Shown here one piece after another: positions 1 to 10,555 of a stretch of 64,000 bases of DNA. The stretch spans positions 92,614 through 156,613 of the forward strand of contig CAZUDK010000001.1 of NCBI GenBank assembly GCA_964618905.1, written 5' to 3'. The translations under genes were made by a program, and so were the position numbers. The stretch comes from an uncultured Candidatus Saccharibacteria bacterium (lineage in GTDB: Bacteria > Patescibacteriota > Minisyncoccia > Phycocordibacterales > Zambryskibacteraceae). The notes under the pieces are model-generated. The model was not told the origin of the DNA. It did no database searches and saw only the letters and a program-made list of their open reading frames with translations. Position 1 is the first letter of the stretch; every line of letters starts with the position of its first letter.

Positions 1-1364
<1,364 letters not shown>

Positions 1365-1377
1365 TTACTTGAAACTA

Positions 1378-1809
1378 CTAGTAAGTAACCTTAACAGCTC
1401 TTTCAACTCGCCGCGGATTGCTTGAATCGCAAGTATTATAACCGAAGGATTGAATCTGCGTGGAATTATCTGCAGATTTCGTAACTACTACTCTTGTGCA
1501 ATATGGGTCTGGCGAGAAGTCGAAAGTGAACTCAGACGGAGAATCACCACCAACTGTAATAGTCTGGTCATTGCAAATAATCTCAGATGAAGTGGAGGTT
1601 GAGAAAGCGCTAAAGCCCGTCGGGTTCGACACATCCCAATACAGAGCACATTCCACGCCTGTGTCTGCTGCATAAAAAGCATTCTGAGATTCCCGAGCGG
1701 CAGAATAAATCTTGGATGACTTAACAGCCAGTCCGATTATGCCGGTGGCGACCAAAAGCAAAGTGCCTGTCGTTACTATTGCTATAAATAATGTGAATCC
1801 TTTATTCAT
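1378..1809 (-). CDS. type IV pilin-like minor pilin/pseudopilin lacking Glu5 (N-term MNKGFTLFIAIV)
   Basis: Class III signal-like N-terminus G|FTLF plus a hydrophobic helix; several Cys in the C-terminal half; last gene of the pilus cluster. Confidence 0.55.
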   Translation of the reverse strand: MNKGFTLFIAIVTTGTLLLVATGIIGLAVKSSKIYSAARESQNAFYAADTGVECALYWDVSNPTGFSAFSTSTSSEIICNDQTITVGGDSPSEFTFDFSPDPYCTRVVVTKSADNSTQIQSFGYNTCDSSNPRRVERAVKVTY

Positions 1810-1815
1810 ATTGTT

Positions 1816-2337
1816 TTATTGCCAATCAAGAATATTCTCTTTAACTTTAAATTCCCTATCTATAATTCCTTTGTGCCAACTGACTGTAACCAGCATCGAT
1901 ATTTCCTTGCTGTCTACACTGGTTAAAGTTACTTCCCTCTTGAAAGGAGTCTCGTCCCATGAGCTGTCATAACCGAAGAATCCTGTCTCTTGATTCTGTC
2001 TGAGAAACGGGCAGTTATCTCCAGAGCAAGTGGTTATAGAATTTTCCAGCGCGTCCACTCTGCAAACTTTGCCAAAGTAACACGGGTCTGAAGAAGAATC
2101 AGATATACCATAGAGCCAATCCCTGCCGTTAAGGCCGTTCTCATCGCGCATATTTCTAATCTGCTCGACCGCTTCTTGAGCCAGATAAAATGCTGTTACT
2201 TCATCTTTTGACAAGATAGATAAAGAGAGACCTTTCTGGGCTGCCGTAGAAGCACCGATAACAGCTGTCACCAATATAGCTATGGCCACCAAAGTTTCTA
2301 CCAGAGTAAAACCTGTTGTATTTTTTTTCTTCTTCAT
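1816..2337 (-). CDS. type IV pilin-like protein (prepilin N-terminus GFTLVETLVAIAIL)
   Basis: Canonical G|FTLVE prepilin peptidase motif and N-terminal hydrophobic helix. Confidence 0.7.
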   Translation of the reverse strand: MKKKKNTTGFTLVETLVAIAILVTAVIGASTAAQKGLSLSILSKDEVTAFYLAQEAVEQIRNMRDENGLNGRDWLYGISDSSSDPCYFGKVCRVDALENSITTCSGDNCPFLRQNQETGFFGYDSSWDETPFKREVTLTSVDSKEISMLVTVSWHKGIIDREFKVKENILDWQ

Positions 2338-2338
2338 A

Positions 2339-2893
2339 TTAATTATCTAATACTCTCTGAGATACAAGAGTCTGGAGAGTAAACTCAGATTGACTGTTTT
2401 CATCCGACCCGGCCTGGCCGCTGACCTTTATGAAAACTTTAGGCTGCAAAGCTGGAGACTGAGAACCGGCTCCGAGCACATAAAAGCTCAAATCTTCGAT
2501 AACCACTTCTCCTCCCGTAACAGCAGCAAAGCTTGTGCCACCATCTGTTGATTTTTCTATCGTATCATCTGAAAGTCTGTAGACTATCTGCTCGTCATCA
2601 CTGGATAGGAAACTGACATAATCATCCCCAGAAGGGCAGTTCTGCGGAGAAGTTATAGTTCCGGAAGATCCGCAGTGATAATTCTCTCCAAAACGCATTT
2701 CGCGCGCCATAGATTCCATAGCTAAATTAACATTAGACATGACTGCTTTAAGGGAACGAGATTTTCTATTCAGATCAAAGATTCCCAAGATAGATCCCAT
2801 ACTTACTGTCATTATCAGCATGAATAAAGACATGGATGTTATCAATTCCACCAGCGTAAAGCCTCCTGTTCCTTTTAATTTTATCTGCTTCAT
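2339..2893 (-). CDS. type IV pilin-like minor pilin (GGFTLVELITSMSLF)
   Basis: G|FTLVE motif after a basic leader. Confidence 0.7.
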   Translation of the reverse strand: MKQIKLKGTGGFTLVELITSMSLFMLIMTVSMGSILGIFDLNRKSRSLKAVMSNVNLAMESMAREMRFGENYHCGSSGTITSPQNCPSGDDYVSFLSSDDEQIVYRLSDDTIEKSTDGGTSFAAVTGGEVVIEDLSFYVLGAGSQSPALQPKVFIKVSGQAGSDENSQSEFTLQTLVSQRVLDN

Positions 2894-3582
2894 TGTACTG
2901 ATATGTATCCAGTCTTATAAACCGACACCGACCTTTCAAGGTCTGACAGAGAAGAAAGCTTTATTTTGGCACCTTTGACATTCGACGGCGAAATTTGGGA
3001 ACCGGAGCTATTAAAGAATTTCAAGTTAGCAGTTGTATTAGGTCTTATGAAAGTAACAGCAAGACGCCCTATATTACAGTCCTCGCTATCATCAGTATGT
3101 ATGACACAAAGAGAGTCTATGGTATTGCCATTCGAAATAGCTGTCTTTTCAAGACATTCTGAGGAATCGTCTACAGGACACGACCAGTCATCTTCATATT
3201 CCCTATCATCATCCAAATCCACAAAGAACACATAAGAATCATCTGCACCTCCGGCGCCACTTAAACGAAATTCTACACCGTATGCCGAATTGAAATCGCT
3301 CGAATCCGGAGCTGTCTGCCTGACACTGACTCCATATATCTGAGCTTGAGATATGGAAAGACTAATGTCCTCAGCAAGATTAGAAAGAGAAGCACCTTCT
3401 GTGTAGGTGTGCTGATTAGAGAGGACGACAGATGAGATGATAGCTACTATCGACAGCGAAATCAGCATTTCAGGAAGAGTAAAACCGCCTCGCCTTAAGC
3501 TAGCCGAGGCGGATCCCTTTGACTCGCTTTGCTCTCTTAGGGTAGTCAACCTTTTTTTGTTTTTAGAAAAAAGTCGATACAT
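2890..3582 (-). CDS. type IV pilin-like protein with an unusually long (~32 aa) leader before G|FTLPEM
   Basis: GFTLPEMLISLSIVAII prepilin motif. The leader coding region contains a GC-rich palindromic element (see repeats). Acidic Cys-containing C-terminal domain. Confidence 0.6.
   Translation of the reverse strand: MYRLFSKNKKRLTTLREQSESKGSASASLRRGGFTLPEMLISLSIVAIISSVVLSNQHTYTEGASLSNLAEDISLSISQAQIYGVSVRQTAPDSSDFNSAYGVEFRLSGAGGADDSYVFFVDLDDDREYEDDWSCPVDDSSECLEKTAISNGNTIDSLCVIHTDDSEDCNIGRLAVTFIRPNTTANLKFFNSSGSQISPSNVKGAKIKLSSLSDLERSVSVYKTGYISVQ
3485..3512. repeat. GC-rich palindromic element copy (CCGCCTCG-N12-CGAGGCGG) inside a pilin leader-peptide coding region
   Basis: Same 8-bp arms as the recG copies; spacer CCTTAAGCTAGC; encodes the ..SASASLRRGG.. 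segment of the 2890..3582 pilin leader. Confidence 0.75.
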
Positions 3583-4348
3583 ATAGAAGGTTTAAATTAA
3601 ATACCAAGCTAAGCCACGCTCCGATTATGAGAAAAGGTCCAAATGGTATCTCGCTCTTCATTGTAAGCTTTTTTCTACCTAGAAGCATCCACACCAATAC
3701 AGTCAAAGTACCGATCCAAAAAGCCAGTACGACCGCAGAGAAAGCTTTTTCGGCCCCAAGAAGAATACCGATAGACAATGCCAACTTAGCATCCCCAAAA
3801 CCCATCGCCCTTCCTCTTGAGATGAGCCAAATAAAAGCAAAGAAAGAAAACAGCACAGGGCCAGCAAGAAGATCAACTAAAGAATAATGAATCAAAAAAG
3901 CCGGCAGACCAAGAGCCAGTATGATGCTCGCATAAACCAATCCGTCTGAAATGATCCGATGCTTTAGATCATATATAAAAATAACTATGTATATTGAAAA
4001 AACTGCTAAATATAAAAGAGTTGAAAGAGCAAAAGCCCAACTAAATTCCCTATAAATTGAAAGCTGGTGATTGAAGACAGATGCAAATACCAATCCGGTC
4101 AGTATCTCTATAGCAGGATACTGCCAAGACAGTCTTGATTTACAAGACCGGCATCTGGCTCCAAGAGCAAAGAAGCTCACAATAGGTACAAGCTCCCACC
4201 ACCTAAGCTGTTTGCTGCACGAGAAGCAATATGACCTTCCAGAGAATATGGACTTAGAACCCCACCTTAGGCCGACTACGTTAACGAAACTGCCAACAAT
4301 GGCGCCTAGGAGAAAAAGAGAGAAAGATGTGATTAAGATGCTGGACAC
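3563..4348 (-). CDS. pilD: prepilin peptidase (A24 family, PilD/PppA)
   Basis: Polytopic membrane protein; N-terminal CxxC...CxxC zinc motif (CFSC, CRSC); catalytic Asp motif GFGDAKL. Confidence 0.85.
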   Translation of the reverse strand: MSSILITSFSLFLLGAIVGSFVNVVGLRWGSKSIFSGRSYCFSCSKQLRWWELVPIVSFFALGARCRSCKSRLSWQYPAIEILTGLVFASVFNHQLSIYREFSWAFALSTLLYLAVFSIYIVIFIYDLKHRIISDGLVYASIILALGLPAFLIHYSLVDLLAGPVLFSFFAFIWLISRGRAMGFGDAKLALSIGILLGAEKAFSAVVLAFWIGTLTVLVWMLLGRKKLTMKSEIPFGPFLIIGAWLSLVFNLNLLYVSTFF

Positions 4349-4851
4349 ACAGTAGCGCCTGCGGCTGGTGCACTAGCAATCTTCCTTGAAGCACCGAGAG
4401 AATCCACACACCAGTATCCACCTACGAAAGGCAGAGCAGCATGGACTTGATAAGCTGTTGCGCTTGATACACAACCGATAGTTCCAACTCCTGCAGGATA
4501 ATTATCCTCATCAAGATACTGGTCTAAGCCGGATGCATCACCTGCGCTAACGCTGCACATGCTTGTGTATGAGTTTGGCGATTGGTTTGAATAGTAAATC
4601 TCTGCGGCACCTCGGAGTGAGGAGAGCTGAGCTTGAACCTTAGCATCGTTACCTTTACCTCTAGCTGAGTTAAGAGAAGCAAGGACAACTGAAGAGAGCA
4701 CACCGATAATAGCTACCACCACCAGAAGTTCTATAAGGGTGAAACCTGCCTGCAGGTGGGTAGAATTTTTTTCTCTGTTTTTTAACATAGTCATATTAAC
4801 TTTAATTGAGTTACCCTTTAAGTATACCTTAAAAGCCCGATGAGTTTGCAA
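4333..4851 (-). CDS. pilA: major type IV pilin (PilA-like)
   Basis: AGFTLIELLVVVAIIGVL canonical pilin N-terminus; C-terminal Cys pair (disulfide loop). The true start is probably an internal Met (MTML... or MLKNRE...), which would shorten the leader. Confidence 0.8.
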   Translation of the reverse strand: MQTHRAFKVYLKGNSIKVNMTMLKNREKNSTHLQAGFTLIELLVVVAIIGVLSSVVLASLNSARGKGNDAKVQAQLSSLRGAAEIYYSNQSPNSYTSMCSVSAGDASGLDQYLDEDNYPAGVGTIGCVSSATAYQVHAALPFVGGYWCVDSLGASRKIASAPAAGATVCPAS

Positions 4852-6037
4852 TGTTGTAAATGGGGATAAGAACAGAAGCTAGGAGGACACCTACACCAAG
4901 TCCCAAAGCCACGATCATCACAGGTTCAATAAGGCTGACCATGGTATCGACAGCATTAACGACTTCCCTTTGGTAGAAATGAGCCATGGTTTTTAAAATT
5001 TTGCCAACTTCTCCGGATTCCTCGCCCACGCGTATCATCTGGACAAGCACGCTTGGCACATCTTCATATTGAGACAAAGATTGTGAAAACGAGCTACCAC
5101 TCTTAACGGCTATAGCACTCTTCTCCAGCATGTCTTTATATACAATATTATCCACCACTGATGCGGTTATCTCTATAGCTCTTGCCATAGGGATACCCGA
5201 CAAAAGCATGGTGTTCATGTTGTCAGCTATCACTGACAAATAAAGCTTTTTGTATAGATCACCGACATAAGGCACTGTAAGTTTGAACCTTGCGAAAGCG
5301 ATCTTGCCTTCATCGGTGCGGATATACCTAATCAGAAGAACAACGGCAACTATGACTGCCGCAAGCAGGATTGCTCCGTAATCTACGAACAAATCGCTTA
5401 TGCTGAAGACAATTTTCGTATAAACAGGTATGGGCGCGTCTGATTCTTTAAGAATGACGCTTATTTTAGGCACAATAAAAGTGAACATCACTATCATCAC
5501 ACCAAAGAAAACCGTTATAACAAACGCAGGATATATAAGGGCATTCTTTGCTTTAGATATAACCTCATAGCTTCTATCCAAGTGATCCGCCAGATAATCA
5601 AAGGTTTCATTTAGTTTGCCCGATTCTTCTCCGGCCTTGACCATGTTTACATAAAATTCAGAGAAGATATCAGGATGCTTTGCCAAAGCCTTGGATATCG
5701 AACTCCCGCCCTGAAGGTCTTCAGTAACCTCCTGGAGGTTCTTGCGCAATACTTCATTCTCGACTTCGCCGGAGAGCAGGCTGAAGACCTTCAGGGCTGG
5801 AACCTCCGCTTCAAAGAGCGTGGCCATCTGCCTTGAGAGCATCACCACATCTTTATTCGACACTCCTGAACCGAATCTAATGCTAGTGAGCCAGGACTCT
5901 TTCTCTTGCGGTTCGATTTCTGAAATGATCAATCCTCTCTTCTGCAGAGCATTTATAGCCACGTCCATCGAAACCGCTTCGATAGAACCTTCCTTTCTGG
6001 CTCCTGAATTCTCTAAAGCTTTGTAGTTAAATAGCAT
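4829..6037 (-). CDS. pilC: type IV pilus inner-membrane platform protein PilC (GspF family)
   Basis: 402 aa, two T2SS_F repeats, three TM segments, conserved position next to pilin and ATPase genes. Confidence 0.85.
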   Translation of the reverse strand: MLFNYKALENSGARKEGSIEAVSMDVAINALQKRGLIISEIEPQEKESWLTSIRFGSGVSNKDVVMLSRQMATLFEAEVPALKVFSLLSGEVENEVLRKNLQEVTEDLQGGSSISKALAKHPDIFSEFYVNMVKAGEESGKLNETFDYLADHLDRSYEVISKAKNALIYPAFVITVFFGVMIVMFTFIVPKISVILKESDAPIPVYTKIVFSISDLFVDYGAILLAAVIVAVVLLIRYIRTDEGKIAFARFKLTVPYVGDLYKKLYLSVIADNMNTMLLSGIPMARAIEITASVVDNIVYKDMLEKSAIAVKSGSSFSQSLSQYEDVPSVLVQMIRVGEESGEVGKILKTMAHFYQREVVNAVDTMVSLIEPVMIVALGLGVGVLLASVLIPIYNIANSSGF

Positions 6038-6064
6038 GATCTTTGTTTATAATTCTCTTCCTTT

Positions 6065-7165
6065 CTACATCATCTTCTCTAAAGTTCGCGGATTGGCTGA
6101 ATACAGCATGGCATTCTCTGCAGTAATTTCCCCTGAACGCACCAAATTCGCCAAGCATCTGTTTAAGTCTATCATGCCCAACTGAGAACTCGTCTCTATA
6201 ACAGAATCTATTTCCTGCGTGCGCCGATCTCTTATGAGGTTTGATATAGCACTGTTATTTATCAGAAGCTCATAAGCCGGTATCAGCCCTCCGGATATCC
6301 TTGGTACAAGCCTTTGCGAGAAAATTCCCAAAAGACTTGAAGAGAGCTGGAGCCGGATTTGGCTTTGCTGATCTGCCGGGAAAGAGTCAATAATGCGGTC
6401 CACTGTTTGGCCGGCAGTGTTGGTGTGAAGTGTAGAGAGGACGAGGTGTCCGGTTTCTGCAGCCGTAACGGAAGCTGATATTGTTTCAGGATCGCGCATC
6501 TCCCCTATCATCAAAACATCGGCATCCTGACGGAACATGCCTCTGAGAGCAGTGTGAAAATCCGGAGTATCAATCTTGACTTCTCTCTGATCGATAATGG
6601 ACTTCTTAGGTTCGAATATATATTCAATCGGATCTTCGATAGTGATGATATGCTCAAGTCTTTCAGTATTAATACTCTCAACCAAAGATGCCAAAGTGGT
6701 AGACTTACCGTGGCCGGCTGGCCCAACCACCAAGAAAAATCCTTGCTGCCGCTTGGCAAAAGTTTCAAGAATCGGAGGCAAGTTAAGCTCTTCGAATGTC
6801 TTTATGCGAGAAGGTACAAGCCTCAGAGCGATATTCATTTTACCGATGGCAAGATAGGCATTGCCGCGGAAGCGGCCCCCGCCCGACCGGACGGTCGTTC
6901 GGGCGGATTTATCCAAATGGCTGTAAGCAAAGTTGACTTCTTTTTCTCCGGCTAGCTCAGCTTTTTTCTCCGGTGTAAGAAAGATTGCCAAGAGAGTATC
7001 CATATCCTGCTTGGTCAGGGCAGGCATTTTTATAATAGGCACTAAAAATCCCGATACTCTTATAACCGGAGGCTTGCCTTCAGAAAGATGGAGATCTGAA
7101 GCACTCTCTTTTATAACTATATCGACGAGCTGGTCTAAAAGATCTGACTTAGGTACTTGTTCCAT
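6065..7165 (-). CDS. pilT: twitching-motility/retraction ATPase PilT
   Basis: 366 aa; Walker A GPAGHGKSTT; Asp box; AISNLIRD PilT signature; no N-terminal GSPII_E_N domain. Confidence 0.85.
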   Translation of the reverse strand: MEQVPKSDLLDQLVDIVIKESASDLHLSEGKPPVIRVSGFLVPIIKMPALTKQDMDTLLAIFLTPEKKAELAGEKEVNFAYSHLDKSARTTVRSGGGRFRGNAYLAIGKMNIALRLVPSRIKTFEELNLPPILETFAKRQQGFFLVVGPAGHGKSTTLASLVESINTERLEHIITIEDPIEYIFEPKKSIIDQREVKIDTPDFHTALRGMFRQDADVLMIGEMRDPETISASVTAAETGHLVLSTLHTNTAGQTVDRIIDSFPADQQSQIRLQLSSSLLGIFSQRLVPRISGGLIPAYELLINNSAISNLIRDRRTQEIDSVIETSSQLGMIDLNRCLANLVRSGEITAENAMLYSANPRTLEKMM

Positions 7166-7172
7166 ATTTCTA

Positions 7173-8885
7173 TTATAAAGTATTTACATCTTCAAACGGA
7201 ATCATTTTGTTGAAAGCTTTTATCAAGGCATCCTCTTTCATAGTCAGCATGCCTTTAGAACGGGCAACTTTATAAAGTTCCTGGTCAGAAGAATTTTCAT
7301 TGAGAATAACTGATTCAATATCCTTATCCATAGGCAAAACTTCCATGACAGCCATTCGGCCTGAAAGTCCGTTCGGACAATCAGGTGTAGGAGATGGCTC
7401 GTACAATTCTTTGCCGATTTTTATCTTGCTTCTGTATTCCTCCGGCAAATCAGAGAATTCTTTGTCTATCATAGCTTTGATAGAACCTTCCACCGGAAAT
7501 GGCTTGCCGCCACCAGGGCAGAGAGTGCGTACCAAGCGTTGTGCTATGGCAAGCTGCAAAGTAGGCGCAATAAGATAAGGGTCCACACCCATGTCTATGA
7601 GTCTGGGGATCACACCTATGGCATTATTGGTGTGAATAGTCGAGAAAACCAAGTGACCAGTAAGAGAAGCTTGAATAGCCAGCTGGGCAGTTTCCTTGTC
7701 ACGAATCTCACCCACCATGATAACATCCGGGTCCTGGCGCAAAGTGGTACGAAGACCTGTAGCGAAAGTGTAATCTATCTCCGGTCTAACTTGGGACTGA
7801 GACACTCCGTCTAAGGTGTATTCAACAGGATCTTCAAGAGACAGAACGTTTCTGTGATCTCGATCCACTTCTCTAAGCATCGAATAAAGAGTAGTGGATT
7901 TTCCTGAACCGGTAGGACCGGAGATCAGGACCAAGCCGTAAGGTCTGCTCAAAGAACCTCTGATCAGTTTAAGATTTCTTTCTGAAAGACCCATCTCATC
8001 GAGCTTTTTAAGTCCCCTCTTCTGGTCAAGAAGTCTCATCACCACTTTCTCGCCGTAATATGTAGGGAATGTCGAAACACGGAAGTCTATCTTGTCGCCA
8101 TTGACTGTGGCAGAGAATCTTCCGTCTTGAGGTTTGCGCTTTTCATCAAGGCGCATGTTGGAGAGAATTTTTATTCTAGCCACAACAGCAGAATGAACCT
8201 TGCTTGGCAAAACCAAAGAAGTATTAAGGACGCCATCCACTCGAAAGCGTACTCTGATATTCTCTCTAGTCGGTTCGATGTGAATGTCTGAAGCATTTCC
8301 CTTGGAAGCATAGCTCAATATCGTAGCTACTATCTTGGTAACGGGCGCATCTTCCACTATCTCGGCTTCTTTTTTTGTTTGTTCTTCCTCTTGTTGATGC
8401 TGGGCAGCTTTTGCAGAAAGCTCAGTATCAAGTTCCGATAGAGCTTTATTGACCTTCCCGGAAAGACCTTTATATCTTTCAAGAGCTGCATTGAAATCGG
8501 TCTCGGTTATCAAGAACAGCTTGTAAGGCATGCCTATTTTGGAAGATATGAAGTTTAATGCGTCCCTCGCTTCTATATCATCAGGATCAACTATGCCGAC
8601 TTCAAGGACTCCATCCTTAACAGCAATAGGCATTATCTTATAGTGCATGGCAGACTCCTCAGGAACATAGTCGAGCACCTTTCCTGGAATTTCCACGTTC
8701 TGAAGACTCATTGTCGGAATATCGAGACCTTCACCTTTGCTCTTTAAAATCTCTTCCGGTGATATGCCTTTGGATATTAGTACTTGTTCTATAGAAAGAC
8801 CGCTGCTTTCGGCTTCAGCTTTAATTTTAGCAACATCATCTGGCTTGATGAGCTTTTTTTCTTGTAAAGTTTCCAGAATGCTCAT
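7173..8885 (-). CDS. pilB: type IV pilus assembly ATPase PilB (GspE family)
   Basis: 570 aa; N-terminal GSPII_E_N-like domain; Walker A GPTGSGKSTT; His box; Cys-containing C-terminal segment. Confidence 0.85.
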   Translation of the reverse strand: MSILETLQEKKLIKPDDVAKIKAEAESSGLSIEQVLISKGISPEEILKSKGEGLDIPTMSLQNVEIPGKVLDYVPEESAMHYKIMPIAVKDGVLEVGIVDPDDIEARDALNFISSKIGMPYKLFLITETDFNAALERYKGLSGKVNKALSELDTELSAKAAQHQQEEEQTKKEAEIVEDAPVTKIVATILSYASKGNASDIHIEPTRENIRVRFRVDGVLNTSLVLPSKVHSAVVARIKILSNMRLDEKRKPQDGRFSATVNGDKIDFRVSTFPTYYGEKVVMRLLDQKRGLKKLDEMGLSERNLKLIRGSLSRPYGLVLISGPTGSGKSTTLYSMLREVDRDHRNVLSLEDPVEYTLDGVSQSQVRPEIDYTFATGLRTTLRQDPDVIMVGEIRDKETAQLAIQASLTGHLVFSTIHTNNAIGVIPRLIDMGVDPYLIAPTLQLAIAQRLVRTLCPGGGKPFPVEGSIKAMIDKEFSDLPEEYRSKIKIGKELYEPSPTPDCPNGLSGRMAVMEVLPMDKDIESVILNENSSDQELYKVARSKGMLTMKEDALIKAFNKMIPFEDVNTL

Positions 8886-8890
8886 AGCTA

Positions 8891-9184
8891 CTAATCTCTA
8901 CCTAAAACATCAAATGGGTTAGACCTGCCTACAGGCTGAGAAGGAATTTCAGTACTAAAATCAGATAAAGACCTGTATATAGGAGAAGCAAACAAACTCT
9001 GGTCGAGCTTTGTTTTCTCAAGCCTATCAAGTAATTCAACAAGATCTTTGCCATTTTCTGTATTCGAATCTTCTATCAGAGCTAAATTAGGTCCGTATGT
9101 GTTGTACAGATAAAAACCTGCAGAAAAGAGCAGAACTATAACTATAATGTTTTTATATTTCTTTAGTCCTTTTAAGTCTTTCAT
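8891..9184 (-). CDS. small single-TM protein within the pilus cluster (function unknown)
   Basis: 97 aa, N-terminal TM helix, lies between pilB and pilO; no recognisable family from sequence alone. Confidence 0.4.
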   Translation of the reverse strand: MKDLKGLKKYKNIIVIVLLFSAGFYLYNTYGPNLALIEDSNTENGKDLVELLDRLEKTKLDQSLFASPIYRSLSDFSTEIPSQPVGRSNPFDVLGRD

Positions 9185-9207
9185 GGTTTTGTTGAGAGTT
9201 AATCCGG

Positions 9208-9747
9208 TTATTTAAGCCAATAGGTCTCTATGTTTATTTCAAATTCATAGATACCGCTCTCTGCCGACTTAAAGCTGATTTCCCTGATGTCAGTTATGCG
9301 CAGATTAGACTCTACATCCTGAATAAACTGCATGAAATCAGAATAAGAAGCGATGACGCTAAATGTTACAAGAACCTTGCCGTACGGAGCTGTGGAAGTA
9401 TCGACCACTGAAGTGTTGTTTTCCTTCTCCTCTGTCGATACAGTGAGCTGATTTACCGACACGCCATATTTAGCTCCTATAGTATCGAGATCCATGGCAA
9501 GCCTCACAGTATCAACATTGTCCGGCAGGAGTTTCTTTACATTTTCTATTTCAGTTTCAGGTATTGTCTGGTACTTCTTCAGAAGCTGATCTCTGGCTTT
9601 CTCCAGTGCAGAGATATCTTCTATAACTTCTTTATTTTTATCCACGCTTTCAGCAAGAACCTTTGTGTTTTGGTATTGCGGATTGATAAAAGTATAAAAG
9701 AGTCCGATGGATACCATTATGAGAAGTATAGCTGTGCTTGTTTTCAT
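9208..9747 (-). CDS. pilO: PilO-like pilus assembly protein
   Basis: N-terminal TM followed by a coiled coil and a periplasmic domain; position after pilN. Confidence 0.6.
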   Translation of the reverse strand: MKTSTAILLIMVSIGLFYTFINPQYQNTKVLAESVDKNKEVIEDISALEKARDQLLKKYQTIPETEIENVKKLLPDNVDTVRLAMDLDTIGAKYGVSVNQLTVSTEEKENNTSVVDTSTAPYGKVLVTFSVIASYSDFMQFIQDVESNLRITDIREISFKSAESGIYEFEINIETYWLK

Positions 9748-9748
9748 A

Positions 9749-10471
9749 TCAGTTTTGTTGAGAGGATACAGATTCTCCTAATGTACCGGAGGTTGTAGAA
9801 GCATTCGGCGACAGCAGAGTGGCAGGAGTCACTGTTGCAGCAGAATTAACATTTGCTCCGGTTTCAACTTCAACCACAGGAAGATCTTCTATACTTTTGC
9901 CGTATGATAGAAGTTCCGGATTGATAAGAGCAGTGAAAAGAAAGTTAACATTGCCTTCTTTATCTAAACGCAAGTCTGAAAATACTGGATTTTGAAAATT
10001 TTTGCTTTCATTCAAAATCTCCGACTGCAGAGCAATGGCAGAATATCCAGTTGCCTGGCCTTGGAGCCTCAGCTCCAAGCCGGCTTCTACGGTTTTGAAA
10101 GTCATATCGGTAAATCTTACATTCTTTACAGTAGACTCTTCGAGGAATTTAAAGAATGGTGATATGACTGAGTGATTAGCCAACAAGGTTTTGGTCGAAT
10201 TGAGCCTGTCGTCCATGCGAGTTATCCTCTCTATAACTTCAGGCTGGATTGAATCGCGGGCATTTTCAATATCCTTTCCTAATTGAGAGATCCTGTATTT
10301 AAGATAGAAGTTATATCCAAATACCCCCAAGCTGCCGGCAATAGTAAGGGCAAAAATTATAGAAGCAATGATGCCAAAAAAACTTTTTTTCTTAGAAAAA
10401 GTTGCCGTCGTCTTGCCGGCAGATGCGGCCGGACCTTTGGGAATGAAAGATGATTGAAACTTTGGTTCCAT
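9749..10471 (-). CDS. pilN: PilN-like pilus assembly protein
   Basis: Basic cytoplasmic N-terminus, single TM, coiled coil; sits between pilM and pilO. Confidence 0.6.
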   Translation of the reverse strand: MEPKFQSSFIPKGPAASAGKTTATFSKKKSFFGIIASIIFALTIAGSLGVFGYNFYLKYRISQLGKDIENARDSIQPEVIERITRMDDRLNSTKTLLANHSVISPFFKFLEESTVKNVRFTDMTFKTVEAGLELRLQGQATGYSAIALQSEILNESKNFQNPVFSDLRLDKEGNVNFLFTALINPELLSYGKSIEDLPVVEVETGANVNSAATVTPATLLSPNASTTSGTLGESVSSQQN

Positions 10472-10555
10472 TCTTTACAAATTATAAAGCAAAAATCGAA
10501 TAACCTGAACAAAATAGTGTTTATAACTTTTCAACCTTAAATAGAAAATGGTTTT

